DNA of 64,000 nt, taken from the human T2T-CHM13v2.0 reference genome, Homo sapiens. A model generated the notes under the pieces. The model made no database searches and was not told the DNA's origin. It worked only from the letters and a program-made list of their open reading frames with translations. The number at the start of each line of letters is the position of its first letter. Within the stretch, counting starts at the first letter, position 1. Below, one piece after another: positions 1 through 16,809 of the stretch. The DNA lies in NCBI RefSeq assembly GCF_009914755.1, contig NC_060941.1. The stretch is one strand, 5' to 3'. Position numbers and translations under genes: made by a program.

Positions 1-248
<248 letters not shown>

Positions 249-489
249 TTATAAGCCAACTTTTAGCCTTGATTTGTTTCTGTTGCATTCTTTTCCCTAT
301 TTCATTGATGTCTACTCTTCATTACTTTAATTCTGCATTCTTTCATTTTGACTGTTTTTAATTCTTGAGAAGGAAATTTAAGTGATTGATTGTCAATGTC
401 TTTTTCTATTCTAACACATTCCCTTAAGGCTGTAAATTTCTCTCTAAGCAGGGATTTATCTGACAGCCCATATTTTCCGTCAGATGTTT

Positions 490-1530
490 CCAAACCTTGT
501 GTCTGCAGCCGCATTGACCTCCCAGTGTCTCCACCCTGTATCGCCTACAGCCATACCAGGCCTTGTGTGTCTCCATCCTCGTGCCTGAAGCCTGTATCTT
601 CTCACCAGTATCACCATCCCGTAATGACTGAAGCCCATGTCTGCCCTTGTGTATTGTCACGTGGTCTGTCCTCTGCCTGCACTTTATGCCTCTCCATTTC
701 TTGCTCCTGCAGCCCCTGCCAGCTGTGTGAGTCTCTATGCTGTGTGCTTGCAGCACATTGCTTGCCTTGAATGTTGTCATCTCCTCAGCCTTCAGGCAGT
801 AGCAGTCCTCCAGTGCCTCAATCCCTGTGTTTGCAGCCCATTCCGATGTTTTTGTCTGTCTGTCCCCTGAGCTTCTGCCCATGCCAGCTTATGTTTGCTA
901 CATTCTCTGTCCCCCTAATCCATGTCCACAGTCAGTGTTTTCATCCATGCTTTTTGGGCCATGTCTGCACTGGTGTGTCTCCTTCCCCTGTGCCTTCAGC
1001 CCATTTCTTTCCTTTTTCTGGATCATTTCTCCCAGGAGACTATGCCCAAAACTTCTATCCCCAGTGTTTGTACCTGCAGCCAGTCTCTTTCGTTGGGTAT
1101 CTCCATCTGTTGTTACTGCAGCAGAGGCCTGCCATTGAGTGTGCCTGCTTCCCATGCCTGTCTTCCTGTGTCTCCAGCCCTTGTCCATGCAGCCCACATT
1201 AGGACTCTTGTGACTCCACCCTTCAGCCTACAGCCACATCTCCCTTCGGGTGTCTTTATCTCTGTGCCCTCTGCCCACGCCAACCGTCACCTACTCCTCT
1301 TTCCTGCACCTGTACCCATGTCTGTCCCTGGTGTGCCTCTCTGCCATGCAGCTGTAGCCAGCGAGCTCCCTTTTTGTCTGGATCCCCTGTGACTGTAGCC
1401 CAGGTCTTCTCTCCTGTGACTACAACCCGTGTCTGCCCTTGAATGTCCCCATCCTCTGTGCTTGTCACCCGTCAGCCAGGCCTAGCATGTTTCCACTCTG
1501 TGACTACACCCATGTCTGCCTCCAGGGTCT
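490..1530. repeat. Highly degenerate tandem repeat, ~41-bp period
   Basis: TGCAGCC-like anchors at 504, 546, 586, 629, 708, 749, 791, 832, 873, 995, 1075, 1117, 1188, 1229, 1353 and 1394; spacings are mostly 40-43 or multiples of that. Confidence 0.7.
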
Positions 1531-2463
1531 CCACTCATGGTGCCACAGTTTGGTTCCTGGTCCCTATCCTCCTGGGGTGGATTCTGGCATTGTGTTGGGA
1601 GGGAGAAGGTGACCCATGAAAGGGAAGCCTGGAATGATGTAATGGGCAAGGAGGCTGCCATTCAGCAGGCTGCACAGTGGCAGAGAAGACATGGCCAGTC
1701 AGAATCCTCCCTGCATCGGGGCACTCACGTGGGTCTGTGCCTGGTGTGGGGAGTAAGGGGAAGCTGGAGCAGGAGGTTTGGAGCCACCTGGCCCTCTTGG
1801 GCCTGAGACCCTCCCAACTACAGGGGCTCCGTCACTTCCCCGGTGGTCCTGCCTCCTGGGATCCTGCCCTGCAGTGTTTCTGCAGGGATCCTCTCACCTG
1901 GAACTTGCAGTGGCGGGTTTCATGTGAGGTAGAGTTTAGCAAATGTTTATTGGCTTCTGTGCCTTACTTTTCTTCATATGCTTTGCGTATTTTGTGTGTT
2001 TTTCTAGGGTCCTTTTTTAATATTGATTTGAAGGATTTATCTTAAATCTGCACATTGATCCTTTATTGGCTCATTTTTGTCATAGATACTTGTTCTCTAG
2101 TTTGATCATTATTTTCTACTGGTTTCATACTAGTATATAGTAATCTGGTTGATAACAATAATGTATCCAGTAAGTTATTAATTGTAACAGTTTTGGGGTT
2201 TTCAGGGATTGTCTAGGCATGTAATAGTGTCATATACACGTAATGACAATTTTTTTGGTTTAAAAATTAATCCTAATGCCTTTTTATTTCTTACTGTATT
2301 GTTTTCTCCACTACAATGCTGACTAAAGAGTGATAGCAGGCAGCCTAGTCTGTTCCTGCACTGGGGGAAAAAGCTTCCCATAATTCTCTATTAATTATGT
2401 TTTTGTTATTGGCTAGTATTAGACTTCTTCAGATATCAGATTTCATCAAATTAAGGAAGTTGC

Positions 2464-3086
<623 letters not shown>

Positions 3087-3307
3087 AGTCCTCTTTTTAT
3101 ATTTTACTCAAGTTTTTTTGTGTGTTTGTGGTTCAGTTTTAAATTTTATTAAATGCTTTAAAAAACTTTTCAGCTAAATGATCTTACTATTTTCTCCTGT
3201 ATTTTTCTGCTAATGGGATGACTTACACGATTCATTTTGAATGTTAAGGACCTTGCATTTTGGTGTATATTCCATTTAGTATTGATCTACTGTATTTTCA
3301 TAGGTGA

Positions 3308-3654
<347 letters not shown>

Positions 3655-4194
3655 AGCTCTGTTTATTAAAAAGGAGATACATACTGTTTATGAAAGAGGT
3701 GACATAATTTTGTTTATTTGTGTCCCATAATGTGTCCTGGTCCAATTGTGTCCTCAATGTAATGCCAGCTACACAAAAAATTTTTTAAATATTATCTTTA
3801 TTTTCATTTTAGTGTTTTTCTTTGTATGGACTATTCTATAATTATGAGCTGGGAATTTTTCATTGTTCAGTTGTTTTTCTGATTTTTGGTAGACTGGACA
3901 AAAACCTGTGTTTCCTGACCATTTGCATCTCCTCTCCTGCTCTGTGCACTATCACCCTGCTCCAGCTGCTTCCCGGAGCCTCCCTCCTTCCTCTCCACCT
4001 GCCCACGTCCTCCTTGTCCTTCAGTTTCTTCCTAAGGGCCCATGGGCTTTCTTTGGCTTTTACGTTCCTCTCACTCCACCTTTGACAGTTGCTGGGCTTC
4101 CCATCCCCTGGGAGGTTTCAGAGGATGGGGAAGACAGAGGAGTGCAGTTGCCATGCAGTGCAGTATGGGCCATAATGTTCATCCTCCACGGCCT

Positions 4195-4430
4195 GTATTG
4201 AGGACTTGCTGTGTGCCAAGAATCTGCTCTAAGAATGTAACTGTGCTCCCTCACTTCATGCTCATAACCACCTGTGAGATGGGCAATGTTCTCATCCACT
4301 TTTATGCAGAGAACACAGAGGCACAGAGGAGTTTCATAAATTGCTACCAAGGCCTTCCGCTGGTGTGCAGCAGGGTCAAACCCAGGCTGTCTGGCCCTGG
4401 GGTTCAGCCTCTCAAGTGCTCTGCTAGATG
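4195..4430 (-). mobile_element. MIR
   Basis: Antisense MIR core (…ttttatgcagagaacacagaggcacagagga…caaacccagg). Confidence 0.7.
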
Positions 4431-6204
4431 TTGGACAGGACAAACGAGACACAGAGAATGAACACCACCTGACTTGGGCTGGGGAAGTCAGGGATGGCTT
4501 CCTGGAGGAGGTGACAACCTCAGTGGAACCTTGAAGGAGGAGCAGGAGGAGCTGACCAGGCAATGAATAAGTATGTCCAGGAAAAAGGGAAGGCCTGAGT
4601 GATGCTGGGAGGCTGGAGAGCTGGCCTTGGGTGTGTGGCGGAGGGGGGCAGGAGATCAGGACCAAGGGTTTGGCCAAGGCCAGATCTAGAAGACTCGGGC
4701 CATCCCATAGTTGATACCTTATCCCAGGGCCAGGCAGGCCTTCCACTGCTCTGTGCGCACTGGTGGGCAGTGCCTCATGGGATGCTAGAAGCCTAGACCC
4801 CAGCCACCCACCTGGGCTCCTGAGACCCGAGGTGCAGGCACGGGGCTGGGAGGGGTTGCAGCTGATTTACATTCAACAGATTGAGGGGAAAACTGCAGGT
4901 GCCTCGCTGTCCAGATGGAACCCACCGCCAGATGGACCCCGGAGACAGCCTAGATTCACAGCCTTTCCCTGCTGCTCTGTCCCCACACCCCAGGCGGGGA
5001 GCAAATCTTTTCTCTGATCATCTTTTGTGCTCACCACCCATATCCCGGACATGTACCCGACCAGGGGCTCAAATACATACAGTTTCTGAGCGAGCTGGAT
5101 AAGGCAGTGACCAGAGGCTGCCTCGACATAGGATGAAATTGCCCAGTGCTCTGGCACCACGAGTCGGAACCCAGCCAGAACTGTGACCTGGCAGTGGCAG
5201 AAGCTGTCTGGTGCTGCCAAATCAGCCCTGGCCAGTTGTTCATTGACCCCCTCTGGGACCTTGGCTGAGCCACTTCCCCTCAGCTGTAAAATGAAGAAGA
5301 CTGTCTTTCCTATTAGATATCCCTCAAAAACACAAAAGTGCTTTGAACCTGCCAGGCTCCCTCTTGAAGAGTCACAAGAAAAGGCTCTGAGAAGTCCTGC
5401 AGTTAAAAAAATTTTTTGACTTTCTTTAACCCAACATTTTTCAAGCTAATTGACCACAGAGCTCTTTCTTGGTGCAACACCTGTTAACCGGCCAAGTGTG
5501 TGAGGAGGCACAAGTAGAGAGCTCTGAGAATCACCCTCCTTGGCTGCTCTCTGGTCTCAGGGTGCAGGAAAGAGTCTCTGTGCTACATCCCAGTCTGCAG
5601 TAGTTCAGGGTGTGAGCCCAGCCCACAGAGCTAGTGTCAGAGAGGAATTCCTTTTCTTCCCTTTCTGTTAATGGAGCTTCTCCCTCAAGCTTCTACTCCG
5701 CCTGGCTGGTGTCAGTCTTAGGGTTTTCATGCTCCTCTTTGGGCTTGATGGGGGTTCTGGGGTTTTATGTAGGTCGAGATAGTGGTAGAGGAGGAAGGGC
5801 ATGGACAGCTTCTCTGATCAGTTGGGCATCTGCCATCGGGTCAGTCAGGCATTATCTCCCCCTCAGGTCCGGTGGCTTTGGTGGCTTCCAGGCCATGAAT
5901 GGGCCCTGGAGCCTCCCCAAGGCTGCCCTTGTCACATAAGATCCACTGCCGGACTTACTCAGCCACTGCTTCACACTATGGCAGGGTGGGTGGTAGCTCC
6001 CTCCTTCTCCACTCCCCAGCCCAAACTGGGGGAGAATTAGGAGTCTGTTTTTAATTTTGTTTGATCCTTTGATTTTAGATTTGCTTTTGAATAGATAGTA
6101 TAGTCAGATGGTTTGAAACTCAGAATGTATTGAAAGATTATTAATAAAGTCTTTTTTCCATCTTTGTCCACCAACTGCTCCCTTCTCGCCTCCCCTCGAA
6201 TAAG

Positions 6205-7113
6205 CAGTTTTCTTAAGATGTAATTTCCATGCCATAAAGTTCACCTGTGTAAAGTGTACAAGTCTGTTTTTTAGTGTATTTACACAGTTATGCAACAATC
6301 ACCCTAACTAATTTTAGAACATATTGATCACCCCAAAAAGAAACCTTGTCAATCTTCATTCCTCCCCTACCCTAGGCTACCACTAATTTATTATCTGTCT
6401 CTATAGATTTGCCTGTTTTGGACATTTTCCATAAATGGAATCATACAATATGTGATGTATTGTGACTAGCTTCTTCCATTTGGCATAATGTTTTCAAGGG
6501 CCGTCCATGTTGTAGCAGGTATCAGTACTTGCTTCAGTTTTGTGGCTAAGTAACATTCCACTTTATGGATATGTCATATGGCTTTTCCAGTCATCGGTGG
6601 ATGGACATTTGGGTTGTTTCTACTTTTTTGGTCACTGTGATTGTTAACAATGCCTCCATGAATAATAATGCCTCCATGAACTTTTGGGTTCAAGTTTTGG
6701 GTGAACATGTTTCATTTCTCTTGAGTAGATGGATACCTAGAAGTGGAATTACTGGGTCATATGATAATTCTACATTTAGCATTTTAAGGACCTGCCAAAC
6801 TGCTTTCCAGAGCAGCTGCACTATTTTATAATTTACTTCGTGCACGAGGGTTCCGATTTCTCCACATCTTCACCGACACTTGTTATTGACCATCTTTCTC
6901 ACTCTAGCCTTCCCAGGGGGTATGAGATGGTATCTCAGTGTGGTTTGGGTTTGCATTTCCCTAGTGACAAATGATGTTGAGCATCTTTTCATGTGCTTGT
7001 TGTCCAGTCATATGTCTTTTATGGTAAAATGTCTCTTGAAATTTGTCTTTTCGTTATTCTGTTATAAGCATTCTTTATATTAATATATTCTGGATACTAA
7101 TATATTCTGGATA
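6205..7113 (-). mobile_element. L1M (L1MB-like) 3' end
   Basis: Antisense L1 3' UTR and ORF2 end (ggacatttgggttgtttc, gaagtggaattactgggtcatatg, gatgttgagcatcttttcatgtgc). Confidence 0.85.
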
Positions 7114-7414
7114 CTCTTACTTAGCAATGAAGACTATTTGCAGTATGGGTCCAACCTGCGTTCCAGTTGGAATGTCCTAGTCACCTATGCATCCACCCCA
7201 ACAAATACTGCCAGAGAGCCTACCATGTGTATATATGGCAGAGTCCCTGGCCTCAGGAAGCCCACGGTCTAGTCCAGACACACGACACCACCCACGTTCT
7301 TTGAACTTCCACTTCTCTCTAGATTTCTTGAGCCAACTAACAACTCTCGAGTACTTTGCCTATTCAGTATTGTTTTTTACAGCCCTTAATTTCATTTTGC
7401 ACACTACTTACTGT
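7114..7414 (-). repeat. Inverted copy of 43639-43935
   Basis: Aligns to the reverse complement of 43639-43935; about 85-93% identity in three hand-counted 60-bp blocks. Confidence 0.95.
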
Positions 7415-8154
7415 TGAGTTTTAGGAGTTCTTTATGTATTCTGGATATCAATCCCTTAGCAAATATGTGATTTGCAAATATTTGATTCTATTCTGTGACT
7501 TGTCTTTTTACTCTCTCAGTAGTATCCTTTGGTCCTATTAAAATTAAAACAAGTTATAATTTTCATGAAGTTCAATTTATCTAATTTTTTTCTTTCATTG
7601 TCTATGCCTTTGTTGCCATATCCAAAGTATCATTTCCAAATTCAGTTGATGGAGAATTTTCTCCTATGTTTTCTTTTAAAACATTTATAGTTTTAGCCTG
7701 TAGCCCATTTTGAGTTAATTTTTGTGTATGGTGTCAGATAAGGATTCAGCTTCATTCTCATGCACATGGATAGCCAGTTTTTCCAGCGTAATTTGTTGAA
7801 GAGACTGTCCTTTTCCCCATTGAGTGGAATTGTTAGTGTTTTTTACATAGAAGATTATGTTGTCTGTGAACAGAGATATTCTTATGCTCTCCTTTCCAGT
7901 GTTTATACCTTTGTTTCTTTTTCTTGCATAAGTGCTCTGGCTATGTTGAAGAGAAGTGACATGTGTGCATTCTGATCTTGTTCCTGATCTTAGGGGAAAG
8001 CTTTCACTCTTTCACCACTGAGAATGTTGTTAGCTGTGGGATTCTCAAATATGGCCTTTATCATGATAGGGAAGTTACTTTCTATCCTAGTTTCTTGTGT
8101 TTTTATCATGAAAAAATATTGGATTTTTTAAATTGTTTTTTCTGCATCAACTGA

Positions 8155-8476
<322 letters not shown>

Positions 8477-8718
8477 TTTTAATTTTTTTAATATGGTGCA
8501 TTTTACTGATTTTTTTTTATGTTGAACCATCTTTGCACTCCAGGAATAAATTCCACTTGGTTATGGTGAATAATTTCTTTGATATGCTGTTGGGTTCACT
8601 TTGCTAATATTTTATTGAGAATTTTTGCATCTAAATACTTAAGACATATTGGTCTGTAATTTTCTTTTTTGTGATGGCTTCATTGGGCTTTGGTATCAGT
8701 GTAATGCTGACTTTATAG

Positions 8719-9149
<431 letters not shown>

Positions 9150-10198
9150 AGTAGGTTTCTTATTACTGACTCAGTCTCCTCACTTCCTCACTAGTTGTAG
9201 GTCTATTCAGATTTTCTGTTTCTTAATGTGTCAGTTTTGGTAGATTGTGTGTTTCTAGGAATATGCCCATTTTATCCAGGTTATAAAATTTATTGGTATA
9301 CTGCTGTTCATAGTATTCTCTTATAATCTTTTTTATTTTCATAAAATAAGTAATACTGTTTCCAATTTCACTTCTGATTTTAATAATTTGAGTCTTCTCT
9401 CTTTTTCTTAGTAAATTTCCCTTCTGATTTTGATGATTTGAGTTTTCTCTTTTTCTTAACAAATTTCATTTCTGATTTTGATAATTTGAGTCTTCTTTTT
9501 ATTAGTCTAGCTAATGTGTTGCTAATTTTGTTGATCTTTTAAAGAGCTAGCTTTTGGTTTTATTGATTTTCTCTATTGTTTTTCCATCTGTATGTTGTTT
9601 ATCTCTGCTGTAATCATTATTTCCATCTGCTAGCTTTGGGTTTGGTTTGCTCTTCCTTTTCTATTTCCTCAAGGTGTATAATTAGGTTATGATCTGGTTA
9701 TGTTTCTTCTTTTTCAGTGTATGCGTTTACATAAACTTCCCTCTTCACATTGTTTTATTGTATCCCATAACTTTTGGCATGTTGCCTTTTCATTTTCCTT
9801 TGTCTCAAGATATTTTCAAATTTCCCTTGTCATTTCTTCTTTGACCAGTTGAAGAAGAGTGTGTTTAATTTCCACATGTGTGAATTTTCCAGTTCTCCTT
9901 CTGTTATTGATTTGTAGTTTTATAACATTGTGATCAGAAAAGATACTTTGAATTATTTTAAATTTTTAAGAATGTGTTAAGGTTTGTTTTGTGGCCTAAC
10001 ATGTGGTCTATCCTGGAGAACGTACCATGTGCACTTGAGAGGAATGTGTATTCTCCTGTTGTGGGGTAGAGTGTTGTGTATATGTCTGTTGTGTCCAGTT
10101 GGTTTGTAGTGTTGTTCAAGTCCTGTATTTTCTTATTGATCTGTCTGGTTGTTCTACTGTTGAAAGTGAAGTATTGAAATATCCTAGTATTAGTGTAA

Positions 10199-10910
<712 letters not shown>

Positions 10911-11663
10911 TTCCCTTTGTTAATATATACCTTAACAATGTATATTTTCTCCCATTCTATAGGTTGTCTGTTTACTCTGTTGATAGTTTCTTCTGAAGAC
11001 AGTGGAATACTGTGCAGCAACTAAAGTAGCCACCTAGCAGGATGTGTACCAGTATGGATACATTTTGAAAACACAGCTAAAAGCAAGGTGCAAGGGCATA
11101 ATAGGCATAAGATGGTGAGGGATAGAGCATATTACCATGTTACAAACCCGACACTCTAAAAGCACAATATAGTATATATAACATTGTGTAAAACACTCAA
11201 AACACCCAGAACAATACTAGGCATTATCATGGATACGTACATTATAGTAAAAGTGAAAAACCATTCAAGGGATGACCACATAGCAATTTTAGGATAATGC
11301 TTATTACTCTCTGAGGTGGGAGGGTACATTGAAGCTTTAAAAAATTCTTCCTAGATTAAAAAGATTTTGCAAGTGTGGCAAAATTTAACTTGTTAAGTCT
11401 GGGTACCTGTTTATCATTATTCTTGGTAGTTTCCTGTATATTTAAAATATTAACAATCAAAAATTGCACAGGTGGAAGGACTGTACTGTGCCACTTTTCT
11501 GCTTCTGGTATGCGTATGTTTCAGTGCTCTGTGCCTTCCACTGTGGTTCTCTATCAGGTTCATAGTGTATTTCTCTAAAGAAACATTGTAACTTACTGCT
11601 AAGTATCTTTTGGCTAAGGAGATTGAAGATCAGCCTTGCTTCAGGGGTGTTGTTCACAGCTTA

Positions 11664-11677
11664 GCCGCAGAGGGCGC
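11664..11677 (+). promoter_or_regulatory. Candidate CTCF motif
   Basis: GCCGCAGAGGGCGC versus core CCASYAGRKGGCRC (2 mismatches), in a locally CpG-rich patch. Confidence 0.35.
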
Positions 11678-12129
11678 CACCCCATAGCTGATGTGCGGTG
11701 GGGCGGCCACACCAGGCAGCCCTCTTGGTACAGGGCCAGTGCCTCCCAGGGAAGCACTGCTCCCCCGGCTGCAGGAAAGAGAAATATTTAAGTGCGTGCA
11801 GATTTCCCTTTCGCTTGTAGGAAGGGGTACAGAATCCAGCCATTTGGAAGCATACATCATGTTTCTCTGACTGTTCGTGGCCTCGGCTGTTTCTGAGGCT
11901 AATAATGCAAGAAACAGCACATGCCAAAGGCGTCTTTGCCACTGTGTCCATGAGCCTGCTGCTCACTTGCCAGGGGCTTTTTGTGATGTATTATTTTAGA
12001 TTGAGGGGGTTCGTGTACAGGTTTGTTACATGGGTGTATTGTGTCGTGATGGGGCTTTGGCTTGTAGTGGACTGATCGCTGTGGGAACTTTGTTGTTAAA
12101 CCGACCAGGGAACTTTCCTTTTATTTTAA

Positions 12130-12337
12130 GTGGAAAAAGAATATTCATACCTGAAGGAGATGGATAATCACCAAGCAGAACAGCTAAACAGAACCAGCCT
12201 AAAGCTGCAAGAAGCATCATCAGAGAGTGATGCAGAGATCAAAGACATGAAAGAAACCATGTTTGCACTGGAAGATCAGGTGGAACAGCACTGGGTTATC
12301 AAGTTACACAGTACTCAACTTATCAGTGAGCTAAAAA
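12130..12337 (+). pseudogene. SPECC1: SPECC1 pseudo-exon A (coiled coil)
   Basis: Translates [69 protein letters not shown]. The donor reads ATAAGT (12338) instead of GTAAGT. The acceptor is ttttaa|GTG, or AG|TG one base later. Confidence 0.92.
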
Positions 12338-12599
12338 ATAAGTGGGGTCAAGCCCAGGTGAAATGTGGATTGGAAGTGAGTAGGACACTAAAGAACCCAG
12401 CAGCAGTGGGTGACTGTGGGAAGGTTTTTGACTGTGTGTTGGCTGGGGTTTATGAAGAGTCTTTCATTTGAGTGTGCTATAATCTCCTGGGAAGAATGTC
12501 ACCTAAGAAACAATCATTAATCTCTTAAACTAAGTTGAAAACTGGATAATAGAAGAAAAGAGTAAGCAACATAAGTGACTGTGAAAAATAGCAAATGCT

Positions 12600-12766
12600 T
12601 TGTTGTTTGTTGTTGTTTTAGAGAGAGGGTCTCAGTCTGTTGCCCAGACTGGAGTGCAGTGGTATGACCATACTCACCACAGCCTCAAACTTGTGGGCTC
12701 AAGCGATTGTCCCAAATCAGTCTCCCAGAGCACTGGGATTACAGATGTGAATCACTGTACCCAGCC
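12600..12766 (-). mobile_element. Partial AluJ
   Basis: Diverged, internally deleted Alu. Confidence 0.75.
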
Positions 12767-13305
12767 ACAAATGTTTCTTGTCTGTGCTAGATGTGCTGTG
12801 TGTGAGCCATGCTGCTGCCACTGTCTCTAAGCAGCCTGATGGGCTTGGAGGCCACAAGTTGGGACACTTCAGCTGTGACTGTATGAGAGTTCACAGGGAC
12901 TTTTCCTAAGGACATTCTGTGGGGTAGGAATGGGTTATTCAGAAGAAATACCTTGCCAAGCATTGACACTGTGTTGTCACCAAGCATTGACACTGTGTTG
13001 TCTCTTGGAGCTGATAGAGATGGATGATAGGTGTCAGAGTGGATGAAAAATGTGTGCTCTTGGTCTAAAGAAGAAAACAATTCCTGCATGTGTGCCATTG
13101 ATGGTAGGATATCAAGTAACTTACAGATGTTGGCCACTTAGTTGCTGAAGAGGCATCATTATGTGGCTTATGAGCTCATTGTTTACTTTGACTTGGGAAA
13201 AGAAATTTTTAAAAGGGATTAAACGTTGCCTGCTTTGTCCAAATGACCTTTATCAAATTATCACATCTAATGTGCTTCGCTTTTGTGACAAAAGACAATG
13301 GACAT

Positions 13306-14850
<1,545 letters not shown>

Positions 14851-16367
14851 GCCAGATGCAACTCTGTGCACGAACCTGAGAATTGACTGTGTATTCCAGA
14901 TATTGATTAGTTGGTTAGAGTGAGAGTTGACAGCACCTGCCTCGTTTCTTCTTGAACATGACACGCAGTAGAACTGTGGAACCTCAGCATTCAGTGTCGG
15001 TGCCATCCAGGCTGTTCTCAGGATACAGCTGAAAACCTGGACACCATTATCATCAGTGTATCCTTCCAAACCCAGCACCATGATTGTGAAGAAAAGTCAA
15101 AGAAGACAAGTTCTGTTCTGTTTTGTTTTTGTTTTTGTGATATTTTGCTGTTGAGAATGGGGTTGTATTGTCCCTAAATCCTTAAAAGTCAGCACAGACA
15201 CACCAAGAAAACCAGCGTATAATTAATGTCCACAGCAAAATTTAGGCCCACCGCTGTGGTTATATCATCATATATCCAGGACTGACAATAACCCAAGCCA
15301 TCTTTTGAAAAGCTGTTAAACTTTTTAAAAGGATTTTGAAGTATTATTCAGATATCTTTTTGCTCAGAGACCCCGAGACACATGGATCCAGCCCTAGACC
15401 GATCACTCCTTCCCATGAGATCCTGATGGGAGAGAAATGGACTGAAAAATGAAAGGAAATTAGGGGGTGTTTTCTACTCAGCAGAATAATCCCAGACGCA
15501 GACTCCCAGGCCCACTAGAACTAGAACTGCTGGGGTAGGACCTGCCCACAAGCATCTTTTTAGCCTTCTCTGGTGATTCTGATTCACAGCCTTCATAGAA
15601 AACTGCTCTAGGTTAGAGCATGACGACCTATTGAGGAATTTCAGCTTGGTGACTGACACCATCAGATTTAAACTCGAATGACTCTGATAGCCGTATGGAG
15701 AGAATGGGAGGCGAGGAGAACAAGGGGCTGCAGGTGTCCTTAAGTAGGGAGAGGCAGGCAAGCCACCTGGGAAGATGTTAAATGCACACATCCTCGGGTT
15801 CTGTCTGCCCTTGGAGATTCTGCCTCCAGGTGTCTGGAGTGTGGACTAGAACATCGGTGCTTTTGAAAAGCTTCACCAATGATTCAGAGGCTTAACTGCC
15901 ATTGAGACCCACGACTCTGGAAAGTGCTTTACAAACCACAGGAGGAATAAGCAGTCATGTGCTCTGTTATGTGAAAGCCTCTATCTCACAGCAATAAAGG
16001 ACACTCAGGATGATTGCGTGTGAGTGCGAGGGAGGCCGGGCTCGGTGTGCAAGTGTGTGTGGCCACGGAGGCCTCTTCCCGTAGTGCTGCTATTTGGTTG
16101 TGCATCCTGTCTGCTGAGACTGTAACCTCAATATGCACCATGTATTTTTCAGATCATCATGTTCCCTATTTTGGAGGAACTTGCTGCTTCCAGCCCCTCT
16201 TTGCAGGGTAAATTGAAATTGCTAAAAGTTGCATTTAGAGTAGAATGCATTTAGAGTAGATTTGAACACCTGCTGTGGCATGTGGAGCTGCCCCTTTGCT
16301 ACCTGACTTATCTTCTCTCAAGAGTCTCACAACTCTTCCAAGGCCTGTCTGAATTGTCTATTTCTAG

Positions 16368-16441
16368 GTAATGTGATCAAGCTGGAGAAACAGAAGTCAG
16401 ATCTGGGGAGGCAGCTAAAGACTCTGACTGAGCAGATACAG
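16368..16441 (+). pseudogene. SPECC1: SPECC1 pseudo-exon B
   Basis: tttctag| then (S)NVIKLEKQKSDLGRQLKTLTEQIQ; donor is GGGAGA rather than GT (16442-16443). Confidence 0.9.
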
Positions 16442-16809
16442 GGGAGATGTGGCAGGAGCCTTCACCACCATCTTCCTATAAATTACCCCTCCAAAGTCGG
16501 GATCACTCTCTCTATCCTGCTTTATTTATCTTGGAACATTTTCATGACATGGGCCCTGAAACTGTAAGTTCTTGCCAGCAGGAAGTAAAGTCAAAGCAGT
16601 CATTTGTTGTCAGGATGGAGAGCTCTCATAACCTGAAGGTGTAATTTCCACCAGTGCCTTTTCCTAGCAGCAAGACACCGTGAAAGCAGGGCCTCACTAA
16701 GCACTGCTGGCTGTTCTTTCTTGGTGACTGATACAGGAGCTCTGGAGTCTCTGCTCAGGCACCAGCCCTGGCAGGCATCTGACACAGGGTTGGGCTCTGG
16801 CATTTTCAG

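Noticed and set aside
302-1468. Overlapping 70-156 aa Cys/Pro/Ser-rich ORFs, superficially like keratin-associated proteins
   Set aside because: ORFs are open on both strands and in several frames because the degenerate repeat is stop-poor; no single long frame or recognisable homology.
4060-4746. Longest ORF in the track (228 aa, minus strand)
   Set aside because: It runs through MIR and L2-like remnants and has no recognisable domain.
7187-7417. Similar ORFs at 7187(+) and 43663(-) suggesting a duplicated small gene
   Set aside because: The similarity comes from the DNA-level inverted duplication; starts, ends and frame differ.
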